From Octopus bimaculoides (Eukaryota), in contig NC_068982.1 in assembly GCF_001194135.2 (NCBI RefSeq), positions 99,137,021-99,201,020 of the forward strand: a stretch of 64,000 nt of DNA. Reading direction: 5' to 3'. The translations under genes were made by a program, and so were the position numbers. This document shows, in pieces, positions 53,212 to 64,000 of this stretch (the first letter of the stretch is position 1; the number at the start of each line of letters is the position of its first letter). The notes below the pieces were generated by a model. The model was not told where the DNA came from. It saw only the letters and a program-made list of their open reading frames with translations, and ran no database searches.

Positions 53212-54873
53212 CTAAATTACATTAATAACAGAGAACAAGTAAAAAAGAGATCTTCTACATTGAGAATTCCCTTAAAATTAATTCTCTATTCTAAACATAC
53301 CAGTTCATATGGCTCATATTTATTGGCAGTTTCAAAGACTGTAGTAAAAAGACACCTGTATGAGACAGTCTATCACAGATTTTAACTAACTTTTCTAAAT
53401 ATTTGATCTCAAGGCTTTTGAATCACCTAGCAGTATTATCAGAAATGTAATCATTCTAGCATACACTTGTTTTACGCAATCTTGTTTTCTCTGAAGAAAA
53501 ACTAAATGAGCCAAGAGAGGATTTAAACCCCAAAACCTGATTATAAAGTAGCTACTGGAAAGATTCAATTACACTCTTATCATACCAATTGAGTCCTCAA
53601 AATAAGCAACTGAAGGAAGTTAATTTACATTATACACTACACAGTTAACTGTCATATATTATACAGCATACATAACCTCAACATAAATACAGCTAAGTAA
53701 AAGATAACATTGTTTACCTCATAATCTCAAATCAGAAGGTAGTTTTGTAGATTTAAACTTGTAAGTGATAACAATAATTTACTATATTACATGTATAGAG
53801 CAACATATACATCTGTATAATTGTCCAATTTCCTGGTTGCTAAACTAATATATTAATTTATCATGCTTTCTGTCACATTGATATTCAACAGCAAATTATG
53901 GACAACAAATATTTATGACACAAATTTTTTTAAATATCACACTTTTAAATAATATTTTGAACAAGAATTAGACCAATAACTTTATAGTTTTTAATAAGAT
54001 CTGTGTGCATCCAAATTATTGTGAGGTTGAACATAACTTCAAACAATTTATGCTAAAAATAGATATTTTCTTTATGCACACCAAGCCATGAATATCTCTT
54101 TGAACATTTACTTCCCACATGGATAGATTAGACAAATAGATATATTACAGGTGACACTAAAGAAATTCAGCAGATTATGTTAAAGAGAAAATACAAATGC
54201 ACATTTGTATCCACACTGAATGGAAACAGTTGTCAAGAATTGTAATCTAACAGACAGCAAGAATAAATTTTTCAATCATGATTATGTTACAGAATATGTA
54301 ACAGTGTATTTGGGAAGAAAATAGTTGAAGTCATCTGAGATGATAATCAATAAATTGAAGGTGCCGACTCATCTAACAGACAATAGCTGGGCATAATACT
54401 GAAATTTAAATCATACATCAGCTTTGTGGCTTAATTTTAAAGAAATACAGTTAAAAGTAATCATATAACAAAAATAGATTCTGTTATAATAAAGTATATT
54501 CCAGCTCTGATGGATTTTCTTTCACTATACCAAAAAGAAAAAAATAAGTCTGATCTATAACTCAAGAAATAGAGAAATCTGCCTTGAGAAGGAAATTATT
54601 TTCAATCCAAACATAAAGTAAGCTTCAACATATTGCTATACATTTCTATTTTAGCATTCATAGGAGTACCCATGATAATGAAGGCACAGACTACCTAAAA
54701 AGAAATGCTATGTAACTTCAATCTCGACCGGCAACTGAGATGCCACTTCATCAAAGGCTGGAATGTAGTGAAAATGTCTTGCTAAATGAATAGCAGATAA
54801 AGATCATACAGTTGAAAATGACACAGACAGGGTTATGTTAAGGAAGTTGTAAAATTCACTTTACTCATACATG

Positions 54874-54875
<2 letters not shown>

Positions 54876-54932
<57 letters not shown>
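54876..54932. repeat. (GT)n microsatellite
   Basis: Direct reading. Confidence 0.95.
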
Positions 54933-54935
<3 letters not shown>

Positions 54936-55756
54936 ATGCGTCTGTGTCTAAGCATGTATGTAATGACTTTAGTGTGTTCATCATCATCTTTATTTTGTTC
55001 TATTTTTAACAATGCGTTTTCATTATTTTATTTTGTCATTCTACTTCAAACTACTGCTTTGAAAATGAAAAATTATCAATACAGTACTTAAAAATCATGT
55101 TACACACTTGTATTTTTTCCAAGGTAAAAAGATAAATAAATACGTGCAAGGCAATCACAGCCTGTAGCTAAACGTAGCTGCAGAACAAGATGACATGGAA
55201 AACAATGGGGAGAATTTCTGATTTTAATTGTTAGACAAGGGTTGGAGTGTTTATTCTAGTCATTCATTGAAAAGAAATAGACAGAGGTAGTGAGAGAGAG
55301 AGAGTATTGTTGCATAGTGGTACCAAACAGCAAAATTTCCAGGAGGAGATACTTTACAAAGAGCAAAATTTCTACAATGGGAAGAGGGGATCATTTAAAA
55401 AATAGTCCTTTGTTTAAGCTAAACAAAAATATACTCGTTTTATATGACTTATTTGAGATGTACACACAAACACATTTAATAACTATCTAAAAAGTAAGAT
55501 TTTATAATTAATTCAAATTGACATTTTGAAAATCATTCTGGTCACATTCTTAATAGTAACTATATTTAAAAAAATACATATGGGCTAACTGGTCATTGAA
55601 ATTAGACATTGAATATACACACAAACATATATATATATATATATATATATACACATTTAAAGATGCACGTATATACATACGTGAGTTTATATGCACACAC
55701 ATAATTTATATATGAACATACACATATATATACATATAATACATATATAATTTATA

Positions 55757-55800
<44 letters not shown>

Positions 55801-55906
55801 AAGCTGTGAAGAACAGAACACTTTACTAGAGACTACCACCATCACCACTATCCCAATCAACGTATGTCATTCATTTATCAGCTGTTTTCTCCTGTCTGCA
55901 ACTAAC

Positions 55907-56223
55907 ATGCACCATATTTGCTGCTGCTGTTACTGCTCATATGTACTAGACACATGCATGAAATGTGAGAGACTGATGGTTCATTGTCAAGTTGGGGGCT
56001 CCAGTGATATTTGTCAGATTTCTTCCAAATGAAATTGCTGGAATCACACAGCACCATATATCCGATTAGTTTAATATTTTCTGTTGAGCCATAAACACAA
56101 ATGTGTACTAAGACACTGCCGTATGGCAACACTCCGATCTATGGCAGCACACCTCATACCTCATGTGATATCACCAATAGAATATATACAGAGAATTGAT
56201 TTACCATCCCTACAACCATGTAT
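55907..56223 (-). pseudogene. C-type-lectin-like exon; 56138-55907 is open, the upstream extension has a TGA and a frameshift
   Basis: GCRDG..LCIY...IT*GMRC then GSVLVHI...EN.KLIG...FIW...YHWSPQLDNEP...SC follows CTL spacing by eye; donor GTTAGT; higher GC than background. Confidence 0.42.
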
Positions 56224-56558
56224 CTAATATACATACATTTTTAACTAACAGATATTACATCCATTTCAAAGAAATGATAGTGGGTTGGATGGTGTTGCAA
56301 ATAGTTGTATTTCTCATTAGTAGAATGCTCTTTATGATGTTAACCACTCAACAATGAGGTAGAAATGGTATCTTTTTGACAGCTGGTTAGGCTAACTGAA
56401 TGGAGCAAACAGAGGGAAAACGACACTAATGTGTATGCGTGTGTGCTCATAAACATGCACACAAACATTCTAAACATAATCTTCAATGTCGTTTCCATTA
56501 AATACACACACCACATACACAATATATGTAAAACCTTGTTGACAGGTTAAACATTAAG

Positions 56559-56617
<59 letters not shown>

Positions 56618-58339
56618 TACACACACACGTGTGTATGTATTAGTCATACTAGCTTTTAAATATATAGTACTTTCAAACTAACACCTGAATCATGCTTTTG
56701 GGTGTTTTACAAACTTCAATTTTTTTTTAGTCAGTATTCATTGTTAATCTTATCCAAACTACAAATACAGCAAAGACTCACAAAGCTATGGACTCAGTTC
56801 AGAATAACTACAAATGAATGGCAGAAAGAGAGGGGAAGGAGGGAGGGAATGAAAGAGGAAGAGAGAGAAAATGAGTGAGTGTGAGTGTTATTTTAAACGT
56901 CTTTGTTTTACATGGAACATGTCATAGGAAAAAGAAAGTCATTGAAAGATTAACTTCAGATGCTACATATAGCACAACTCCAAAATGAAAATGGAAAAAT
57001 TTCATGGGAGAGACTGAAAAGTCCCTTAGCTTTCTCATGGTTAAAAATACATTTGGTTGGTTAACACCAGCCACGTGCCAAGGTTCGTTAGCAGAGAAAT
57101 GGATATGGGATTATATTAACAAAATTGAATTTATTAAAACAGGATGATGCAAAAGACTTTCAATTTACACACAAATACATTCTCTCTCCCTTCTTTCTCT
57201 CCCAACCCTTACAGTAAACTCTTTCATACAGTCTTTTTTGTGTATCTCACGCCATCTTTTCCACTTATACTCTCTCTCCATTTTGCATCCAGTCTCACAC
57301 ATTATCTTGCTCTCCACTCATACACACTCAGTTTGATGCTTTCACTCACTATATTTTGACACACAGCCTATACTTAATGCATGCACTTCCTTCTACTGAT
57401 TTTCAAGTCTCATCACATACTAGCAGTTCCTGGACCAGGCAGACACTCTTTACGCCCTACTCTCAAAAATTTACACTCAAACTCATCCACTTAAGCAATT
57501 AGTCTGAGAAGTCTTTCTCTGTCACTCAGTCTGTGAAAGTGTTTGACACTAATCAAATCCTAACAGTATTTTGGATCATACACTGAAGAACATCTACCCT
57601 GCTCCTACTAAACAATCGCCTACCTTTCTTTTGAACAAACTAATCATTTCAATATACTTACATATACACATATTATCTATGCAGATATACAAAAATATAC
57701 ATCCAAGTATACATGTATACACAATACATAGATGTACATACGCATAGATACATCATCCATGCAAATACATGCATGGTTTTTGTGTCTGAGAGCAAGAGAC
57801 AGAGAGAGTGCATGTGTGTGCATAAGAGAGTGTGTGTGTGTGTACATACATATACATACATGTAAATGCACACAATCGTGCACACAAGCTAAAACATTCT
57901 AAAAAGGAACAACAAAAAATCTCCAAAACAGCAGTTCTGCTGATGCAATGCAACCGGCATTTTTGGTGCTTCATTATTTACTGCTACTATTGTCATCATG
58001 GTGGGAGTTTATTGTAGATAGTAATGTGCTGCGATGCTCTACGCTGCCTATTAAAATACTTTACTGATTTGAGTTCATATTACATCAGTATCAACTTCCA
58101 TTCTTTATACATTTGAAGAAAATGAAATAAACAATATATCAGGGTTGATTTCTTTGTCAAATTAATTGCTTCATCAAAACGAAATCTCTATTATTATCAT
58201 CATTGTAGGTGTTACTTTATGGTTCTAGACTAAATATTATGCTGATTTTATTTGAAATGTTACTATCATTATTCTCATGATTATTATTTAATTATAAAAT
58301 TATTATTAATGGCGATATTATTATTATAATTATTATTAT

Positions 58340-58776
58340 TGGAAAAATCGGTGGGAAAAATATACCTTGTAGTTTTTAGTTATTTCTCTTTAGGTTGTAA
58401 GTTCAAATTTCAGCAAGTTCAATTTTACCTTTCACTAACAATAACAAGTAGCTCTCAAGTTCTGGGGTTGGTTAAATCAATTACCACCCTTCAAAAGATT
58501 TGCAGCTTTGTGCCAATGTAAGAAACCATTGGCTTTGTGCCTAAATTAGAAACTATTATTATTATCAGGCAGCAGCTGGCAGATTCATAAGCATGCCGGG
58601 CAAAATGCTTAGCGGCATTTCGTCCGTCTTTACGTTGTATTCAAATTCCACCAAGGTCCACTTTGCCTTTCAGTCTTCTGGGATAGATAAATTAAGTACC
58701 AGTGAAACACTGGGGTCAATGTAATCGACTAGTCCCGTCCCCCAAAATTTCTGGCCTTGTGTCATTGGAGGAAAGG

Positions 58777-58826
<50 letters not shown>

Positions 58827-59720
58827 GCGGCAGCTGGCAGAATCGTTAGCACACCAGACTAAATGATTAGCAGCATTTAGTCCATCTTTACATTCTGAGT
58901 TCAAATGCCACCGAGGTCGACTTTGCCTTTAATCCTTTCAGGTCAATTAAATGAGTACCAGTTGAACACTGGTGGCAATGTAATCAGCTAACCCCTTCCC
59001 CTCAAATTTCAGGCCTATAATAGAAAAGATGATTATTATTACCATTATTATTATAAGGTGGCAGCTGGCAGAATCGTTAGCACACTGGGCAAAATGATTA
59101 GCAATATTTCATCCAGCTTCATGTTCTGGGTTCAAACACCACTGAGGTCAACTTTGCCTTTCATACTTTTGGGTATATAAAACAAGAACCAATTGAGTAC
59201 TGGGGGTGATGTAATCAATTTACCCACTTACCCAAAATTGCTGGCCTTGTGCCAAAAATTGATATTATTATTATTATTATTATTATTATTAAAGCTGTCA
59301 GTTGACTAAATGCTTTACAGTATTTATCTTTATTCTATATTCTGCATCTATTAGTGTCTCTTTACATTCTCTGTTCAAACCCTACTGGGGACAATTTTGG
59401 GGAGGGTGGAGTCAATAAAAAAAGTGCCACTTAAGTATTGAAGTTGATTTAATCGATTACATCTTCACTACCCAAATTTATGGCTTTTGTGCCTATGCAG
59501 AAATTGTCATTGTCATTATTATTATTATTATTATTATTATGATGATGATGATTATTATCATTATCATCATCATCATTAGGGTGGATGAGTGGCAGAAAGA
59601 GTTGTGTACCTCGTAAAAATACTTTGCAGTATTCAGTTACATTCCAAGTTCAAATCACACATGTAAGTCATACTGGGTCAATGCAATCGACTATCTGGGC
59701 CTAGCGCCAAAGTCAGGAAT
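58340..59720 (+). repeat. Head-to-tail array of about 6 SINE-B copies separated by (ATT)n; a possible 7th near 58070
   Basis: B-box-like gttcaaa motifs at 58401, 58640, 58899, 59130, 59373, 59648; the clearest copies are 58567-58776, 58827-59028 and 59055-59262. Confidence 0.92.
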
Positions 59721-59763
59721 ACTACTACTACTACTACTGCTGCTGCTACGGCTGCTGCTGCTG

Positions 59764-59792
<29 letters not shown>
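59719..59792. repeat. Compound (TAC)n/(TGC)n microsatellite
   Basis: Direct reading. Confidence 0.9.
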
Positions 59793-59794
<2 letters not shown>

Positions 59795-60519
59795 CCCTTC
59801 CTCCTATTTACATCATTAGATTATTAAAATATGTCTGGAACAGAAATACCTATTCAAGATGCGCAAGCGACAAACATCGATGTCCCGTACCTCTTCATAC
59901 ATAGTTAAGAGTTAGGAATGAATGAATGAGAGAGAGAGCGAGAAAGAAAGAAGTAGAAAGGCAGATTGACAAGAGATAGCTTTGCTGTATTATAGAGAGA
60001 GAAAGTGAGGGAGAGAGAGAGAAATAGACATATATATCTTCATTCATATTTGTTCATTTCTAAATCTTATGCAGTGAAAGCTAGCTCCATCCCTCATACA
60101 CTACTACTTTTCTTTGTCTTACATAAAGCTTGTTTGTACATACACGCATGCACTAACACAGACACACACACACTAGTTATTTACAACTACTATCGGTTCT
60201 GGTATTGCAAACATACACAACATACATTATTGATTGAACAACTAACAACAGTGAACAAAAAAACCTAGGCATTATTGTGTGTGTGTGTGTGTACGTAGAG
60301 ACAAACACACATGTGTGTGTGTGTGTGTGTATAGTGACGAGAAATGGAAATGTACAAATAAATTTATGCTTTATAATATTATACAGATTCTGTTTCAGTT
60401 TGCAAATATGGAAAATGCTTTTGTTCGTGTAGAAACCAATATGCCAGCCAATGTGTGTGCGCGTGTATCTATGGATATATTATGTATGCACACGCACACA
60501 TGCATACATACATACATAC

Positions 60520-60567
<48 letters not shown>

Positions 60568-60899
60568 NNNNNNNNNNNNNNNNNNNNNNNNNNNNNNNNN
60601 NNNNNNNNNNNNNNNNNNNNNNNNNNNNNNNNNNNNNNNNNNNNNNNNNNCCGGATGCAGAAGCTACAGAAGACAAGTCTAGCAAAGACAACAGCAGCAG
60701 CAGGCCTGGACTACATAATGTCGAAATTTCCAGTAAGAAGAATCCAGACGTGCCAATACCACAGCAGATTTTAGGCGTGTGTCTTCTAGAAGGCTTATGA
60801 TATAGACCATTTCACCGTGTTTATGCCAAGGATGATAAAAGCAAGAGCTTGATAGGTTCCACCATGCACTTTTTAGTCCTTTTCATTATGTCATGTGTC

Positions 60900-60941
<42 letters not shown>

Positions 60942-61207
60942 CACACACACACACATGATATCGCATTGTTCCGTGTAGTAACATGTCTGTTGTCACAAAA
61001 TATTGTCACTGGCATTAGCATCTCCCCTTTCTTTAAAATAAATTTGTTTTTACAACACCTCAAATAAAATAATTTCATCGTAAGATAAAGAGAAAGTGTT
61101 TTATTATTATATTATTTTTTATGTGTGTGCATATGTATGTTAGCACATTAAAGGATGAGTCAGGCTTGTAATCAGCAGCCTTATTACACAAACACTACGT
61201 GCTGAAG

Positions 61208-61249
<42 letters not shown>

Positions 61250-61420
61250 NNNNNNNNNNGATAAAAAGACTACCTACAACTTCAATCTGTTTCTACACAC
61301 ACACACACACACACGCACAGAGGAGGAAGAGAGAGTAATATAATTACAGCGGACCAATAAGGGAGGGAGCAATTTTGTTGATTTCTTACTCAATGCATGA
61401 TATATGTATGAGGGTGTGTG

Positions 61421-61455
<35 letters not shown>

Positions 61456-61464
61456 CACAAACAT

Positions 61465-61935
61465 CAGGTGCAGGTGTGGCTGTGGTTGAGAAGTTTCCCT
61501 CTCAATCACATTGTTTCAGGTCCAGTCTAATGGCACGGTACCTTTGGCTAGTGTCTTCTACTCTAACCCTGGGCCAAACCAAGTTTAGTGAATGGATTTA
61601 GTAGACAGCAACTGGGGGAAAAAGCTTGTTGTGTGTGTGTGTATGTATGTATGTATGTATGCATGCATGCATATGCATATCTGTGAGTGTATGTTTGTGT
61701 CTCCTTGTCTTGACATTACATAATAGCTGTAAATGAATGTCATACAAGAAGTGTCATTCATTTCCAATATTCTGTGAAAATATGTCTAGCCAGAGATAAA
61801 AATTACCTTAATTGGGAGCAGGTGAGTTGGTGACAGGAAGGGGATCAGTCCATAGAAAATTTACCTCAATAGAGTCTGTCCAACCTTTGCAAGTATGAAA
61901 AAGTGAACCTTAAAACACTAAAGATGATGATGATG
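61465..61935 (+). mobile_element. Full-length degraded SINE family A
   Basis: Head gcaggtgtggctgtgg...gtgaatggatttagtagac, (TG)/(TATG)n hinge, body gtgtctccttgtcttgac, tail gtccaacc...gatgatgatgat. Confidence 0.85.
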
Positions 61936-62589
61936 ATATATACACATGTATATATATATATCATCATTTTATGTCCACTTTCAAAGCCAGCATGGTAAAC
62001 AGTTTGACAGGATCCAATGGGCTCTCATCCAATGTCTGTTTTGGGCTTACTTTCCTAACAACTTTACATAGGGTATTGGGTACATTTTTCATAGCACCAG
62101 CACTATAGAGGCTGTCTTGTTTTCAGCATAATTAATGTGTCCAGCATTGTTGCAGTTTGGATCAATTACTGAACAGAGTGTACAGGGTGCTTTTTGTGAC
62201 ATAAGCACTGGGGAGTCATCTTGCAGCTTGGATGGAAAATAACAGATTTATTGTAAGAGAATGGTAATGGAGAGAATAACCAAGGGAACAGTGTTGAAAT
62301 GGAGTGCAGAGGAGAGAGGAAGGGAAGGGTAATGTTAGGGGCTAGTGTGAAGAAATGTGGGGAGAGAACAACAGGGAAATGGTAATGGAATGGGTTCAGT
62401 AGGAAAACCCAATGATGGATTGCATCAGATTACATGCCACCTTAGCATGGGTTGAACAGTTTGCAAGGGTCCGGGACAGTTCTTATTGGAGTTACACAGG
62501 TTTATTATTAAGAAACAAAAGTGACAAATGATACTGTTAGGGAAGAGGTTAAGAGAAGGGAAGCAAGGAGTAGCGTCAAGGGGTTAATA

Positions 62590-62890
62590 AATGAGAGTTA
62601 AGATTTGCTGTAATTCCTGACAGTGATCAGGTGTGGGTCTGGAGACTCTGTGATCAAGAATTTGATGTGAAAAAATTGCAGCCAACAACGAAACATGGCA
62701 GCTATTCTGTGATGGTCTGGGGAGCAATTTGGGGAAATGGCTGATCAGAGCTGATGGATGTGAGGGAAACATAAACTCATAAATAAGTGTCCATATAGCA
62801 GAAAGGACTCCTTCCAGTCTTCTCCAGTGGTGAAAAGATTAAAGACTCTTTATTTATGGAAGGTAAGGCTCTTTGTCACATGGGAAAACT
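62590..62890 (+). mobile_element. Decayed Tc1-family transposase, catalytic-domain fragment
   Basis: Translates RFAVIPDSDQVWVWRLCDQEFDVKKLQPTTKHGSYSVMVWGAIW...EGNINS...LFME..ALCH. Confidence 0.85.
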
Positions 62891-63594
62891 TATGCAGGAG
62901 GGGGCATAGCGCTGTCCCACACTATACGTATGGGTGGGTAAAGTGGTGCAGAGAAAAAATAGTTATGATGATGATGATGTGGAGGAGGAGTGTATATGGA
63001 AGATAACATGTCATGAGTCAAGGCAAGTAAAGGTTGCCAGCATACAACTACTCACCACTTAAGCAGCATCACACACACATATGTAGATGGATATATATAT
63101 ATATATATATAATACATATGTATATACATGTAGATACACATATGTATAAATATGTGTGTATATATATATATATATAATGCATATACATATGCATGAAAGT
63201 ATGTGTGTGTGTATATATAGAATCATCATCATCAGCATTTAACATCTGTTTTCCATGCTTGCATAGGCTCAATGGTTTTACAGGATCCAGCAAGCCACAG
63301 GGGTGTGTCGAGCTCCAGTGTCAGGATGTTGGTAGGCAGTTGTTGACCCTATGTCTGGAGACTGGTTTATTTAGTGGCATCAATTCATTGCATTTGCTAC
63401 TCCACATGGCAGAACAGAGTGTTGTTGCAGATTAGAGGAGGACTAACACTATAGTAGTGATAGCCTTTCCCTGAGAGCTACCAGATTTGATGGTGCTGAA
63501 TTAAAATTTGTTCGACTGTAAGCAATGGATATGCATATACATAGCTATATATGTGAATTATATAAACACATCTATGTATAAATGTGTATGTATA

Positions 63595-64000
63595 CACAGA
63601 CATGACAGAAGTAAATAAAATCCCCATAAAACATCGCTTTATGTTTATTCTAACTTGTAAAGGTTTATATTTTATTATTAATTGACATTTTTATGTTTCA
63701 GGTTCTATATGTGACTGTTTAACCATGCCATAAACAAAAGGAACTGTCTGAATTTCAAAGAGGCTATATTGATGGTCATTCTGAAGGTGGATATAGTCAG
63801 CATAAAATTGCAGAAAACCTTGGGATCCCACTTTCTACAGTTAATAGAGTGATTGTGCAATCCACCAGAGAGGGGAAGGAGTCCACATCACCTCATCCAG
63901 ATCAACTAGGGCCCTTCTCTTTGTTAAGAGAAGTGCAGCGGATAATTCTCGTTGTAAGTCTTCTGACATAGCAGAACAAGTGATGTCAGTCCCAGAACAG
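63595..64000 (+). mobile_element. 5' part of a Tc1-family element, truncated by the window end
   Basis: [41 protein letters not shown] (HTH) from about 63730, then [19 protein letters not shown]; probable TA/cacag left end. Confidence 0.8.

Larger units (their letters stand above)
137..56223 (-). pseudogene. Putative large multi-exon gene or pseudogene: C-type-lectin-like exon followed by PKD-repeat-like exons (polycystin-1/REJ-like architecture, tentative)
   Basis: Ten or more minus-strand segments bounded by AG/GT sites with protein-like frames. Some are clean (53116-53211, 39031-39227, 35593-35862); others carry in-frame stops or frameshifts. Family call rests on by-eye motif resemblance only. 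Confidence 0.35.

Noticed and set aside
58340-59720. Regular repeat-spacer look resembling a CRISPR array
   Set aside because: Units are about 200-bp tRNA-derived SINEs with microsatellite spacers in eukaryotic DNA; no cas genes
10816-61067. Long ORFs in the track containing X runs or YIYI/HTHT/CVCV peptides
   Set aside because: Artefacts of N gaps and dinucleotide microsatellites

Overview
AT-rich, repeat-dense eukaryotic DNA with 8 N-gaps, almost all next to microsatellites or RTE copies. The repeat set (tRNA-derived SINEs, RTE LINEs with (GAT)n tails, mariners, CR1 remnants) looks like an octopus genome; this is an inference from remembered repeat families, not a search. Well-supported features: defective RTE LINE copies (one with a C4HC3 PHD finger inside the RT domain), two decayed DD34D mariners, two Tc1 fragments, CR1/L2 RT remnants, a Helitron/HINE-like element, a possible Penelope-like repeat, many SINEs (including head-to-tail arrays) and a precise B-A'-B' templated duplication. 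No intact host gene is certain. A series of minus-strand splice-flanked segments (about 56.2 kb down to 0.1 kb) may be a large, partly decayed gene with a C-type-lectin-like exon followed by PKD-repeat-like exons; this is a hand-made, moderate-to-low confidence hypothesis. I found no CRISPR array, rRNA or intact tRNA gene, and nothing that clearly amounts to a new biological system. The best leads are the PHD-in-RT retroelement and the cryptic lectin/PKD-like gene.
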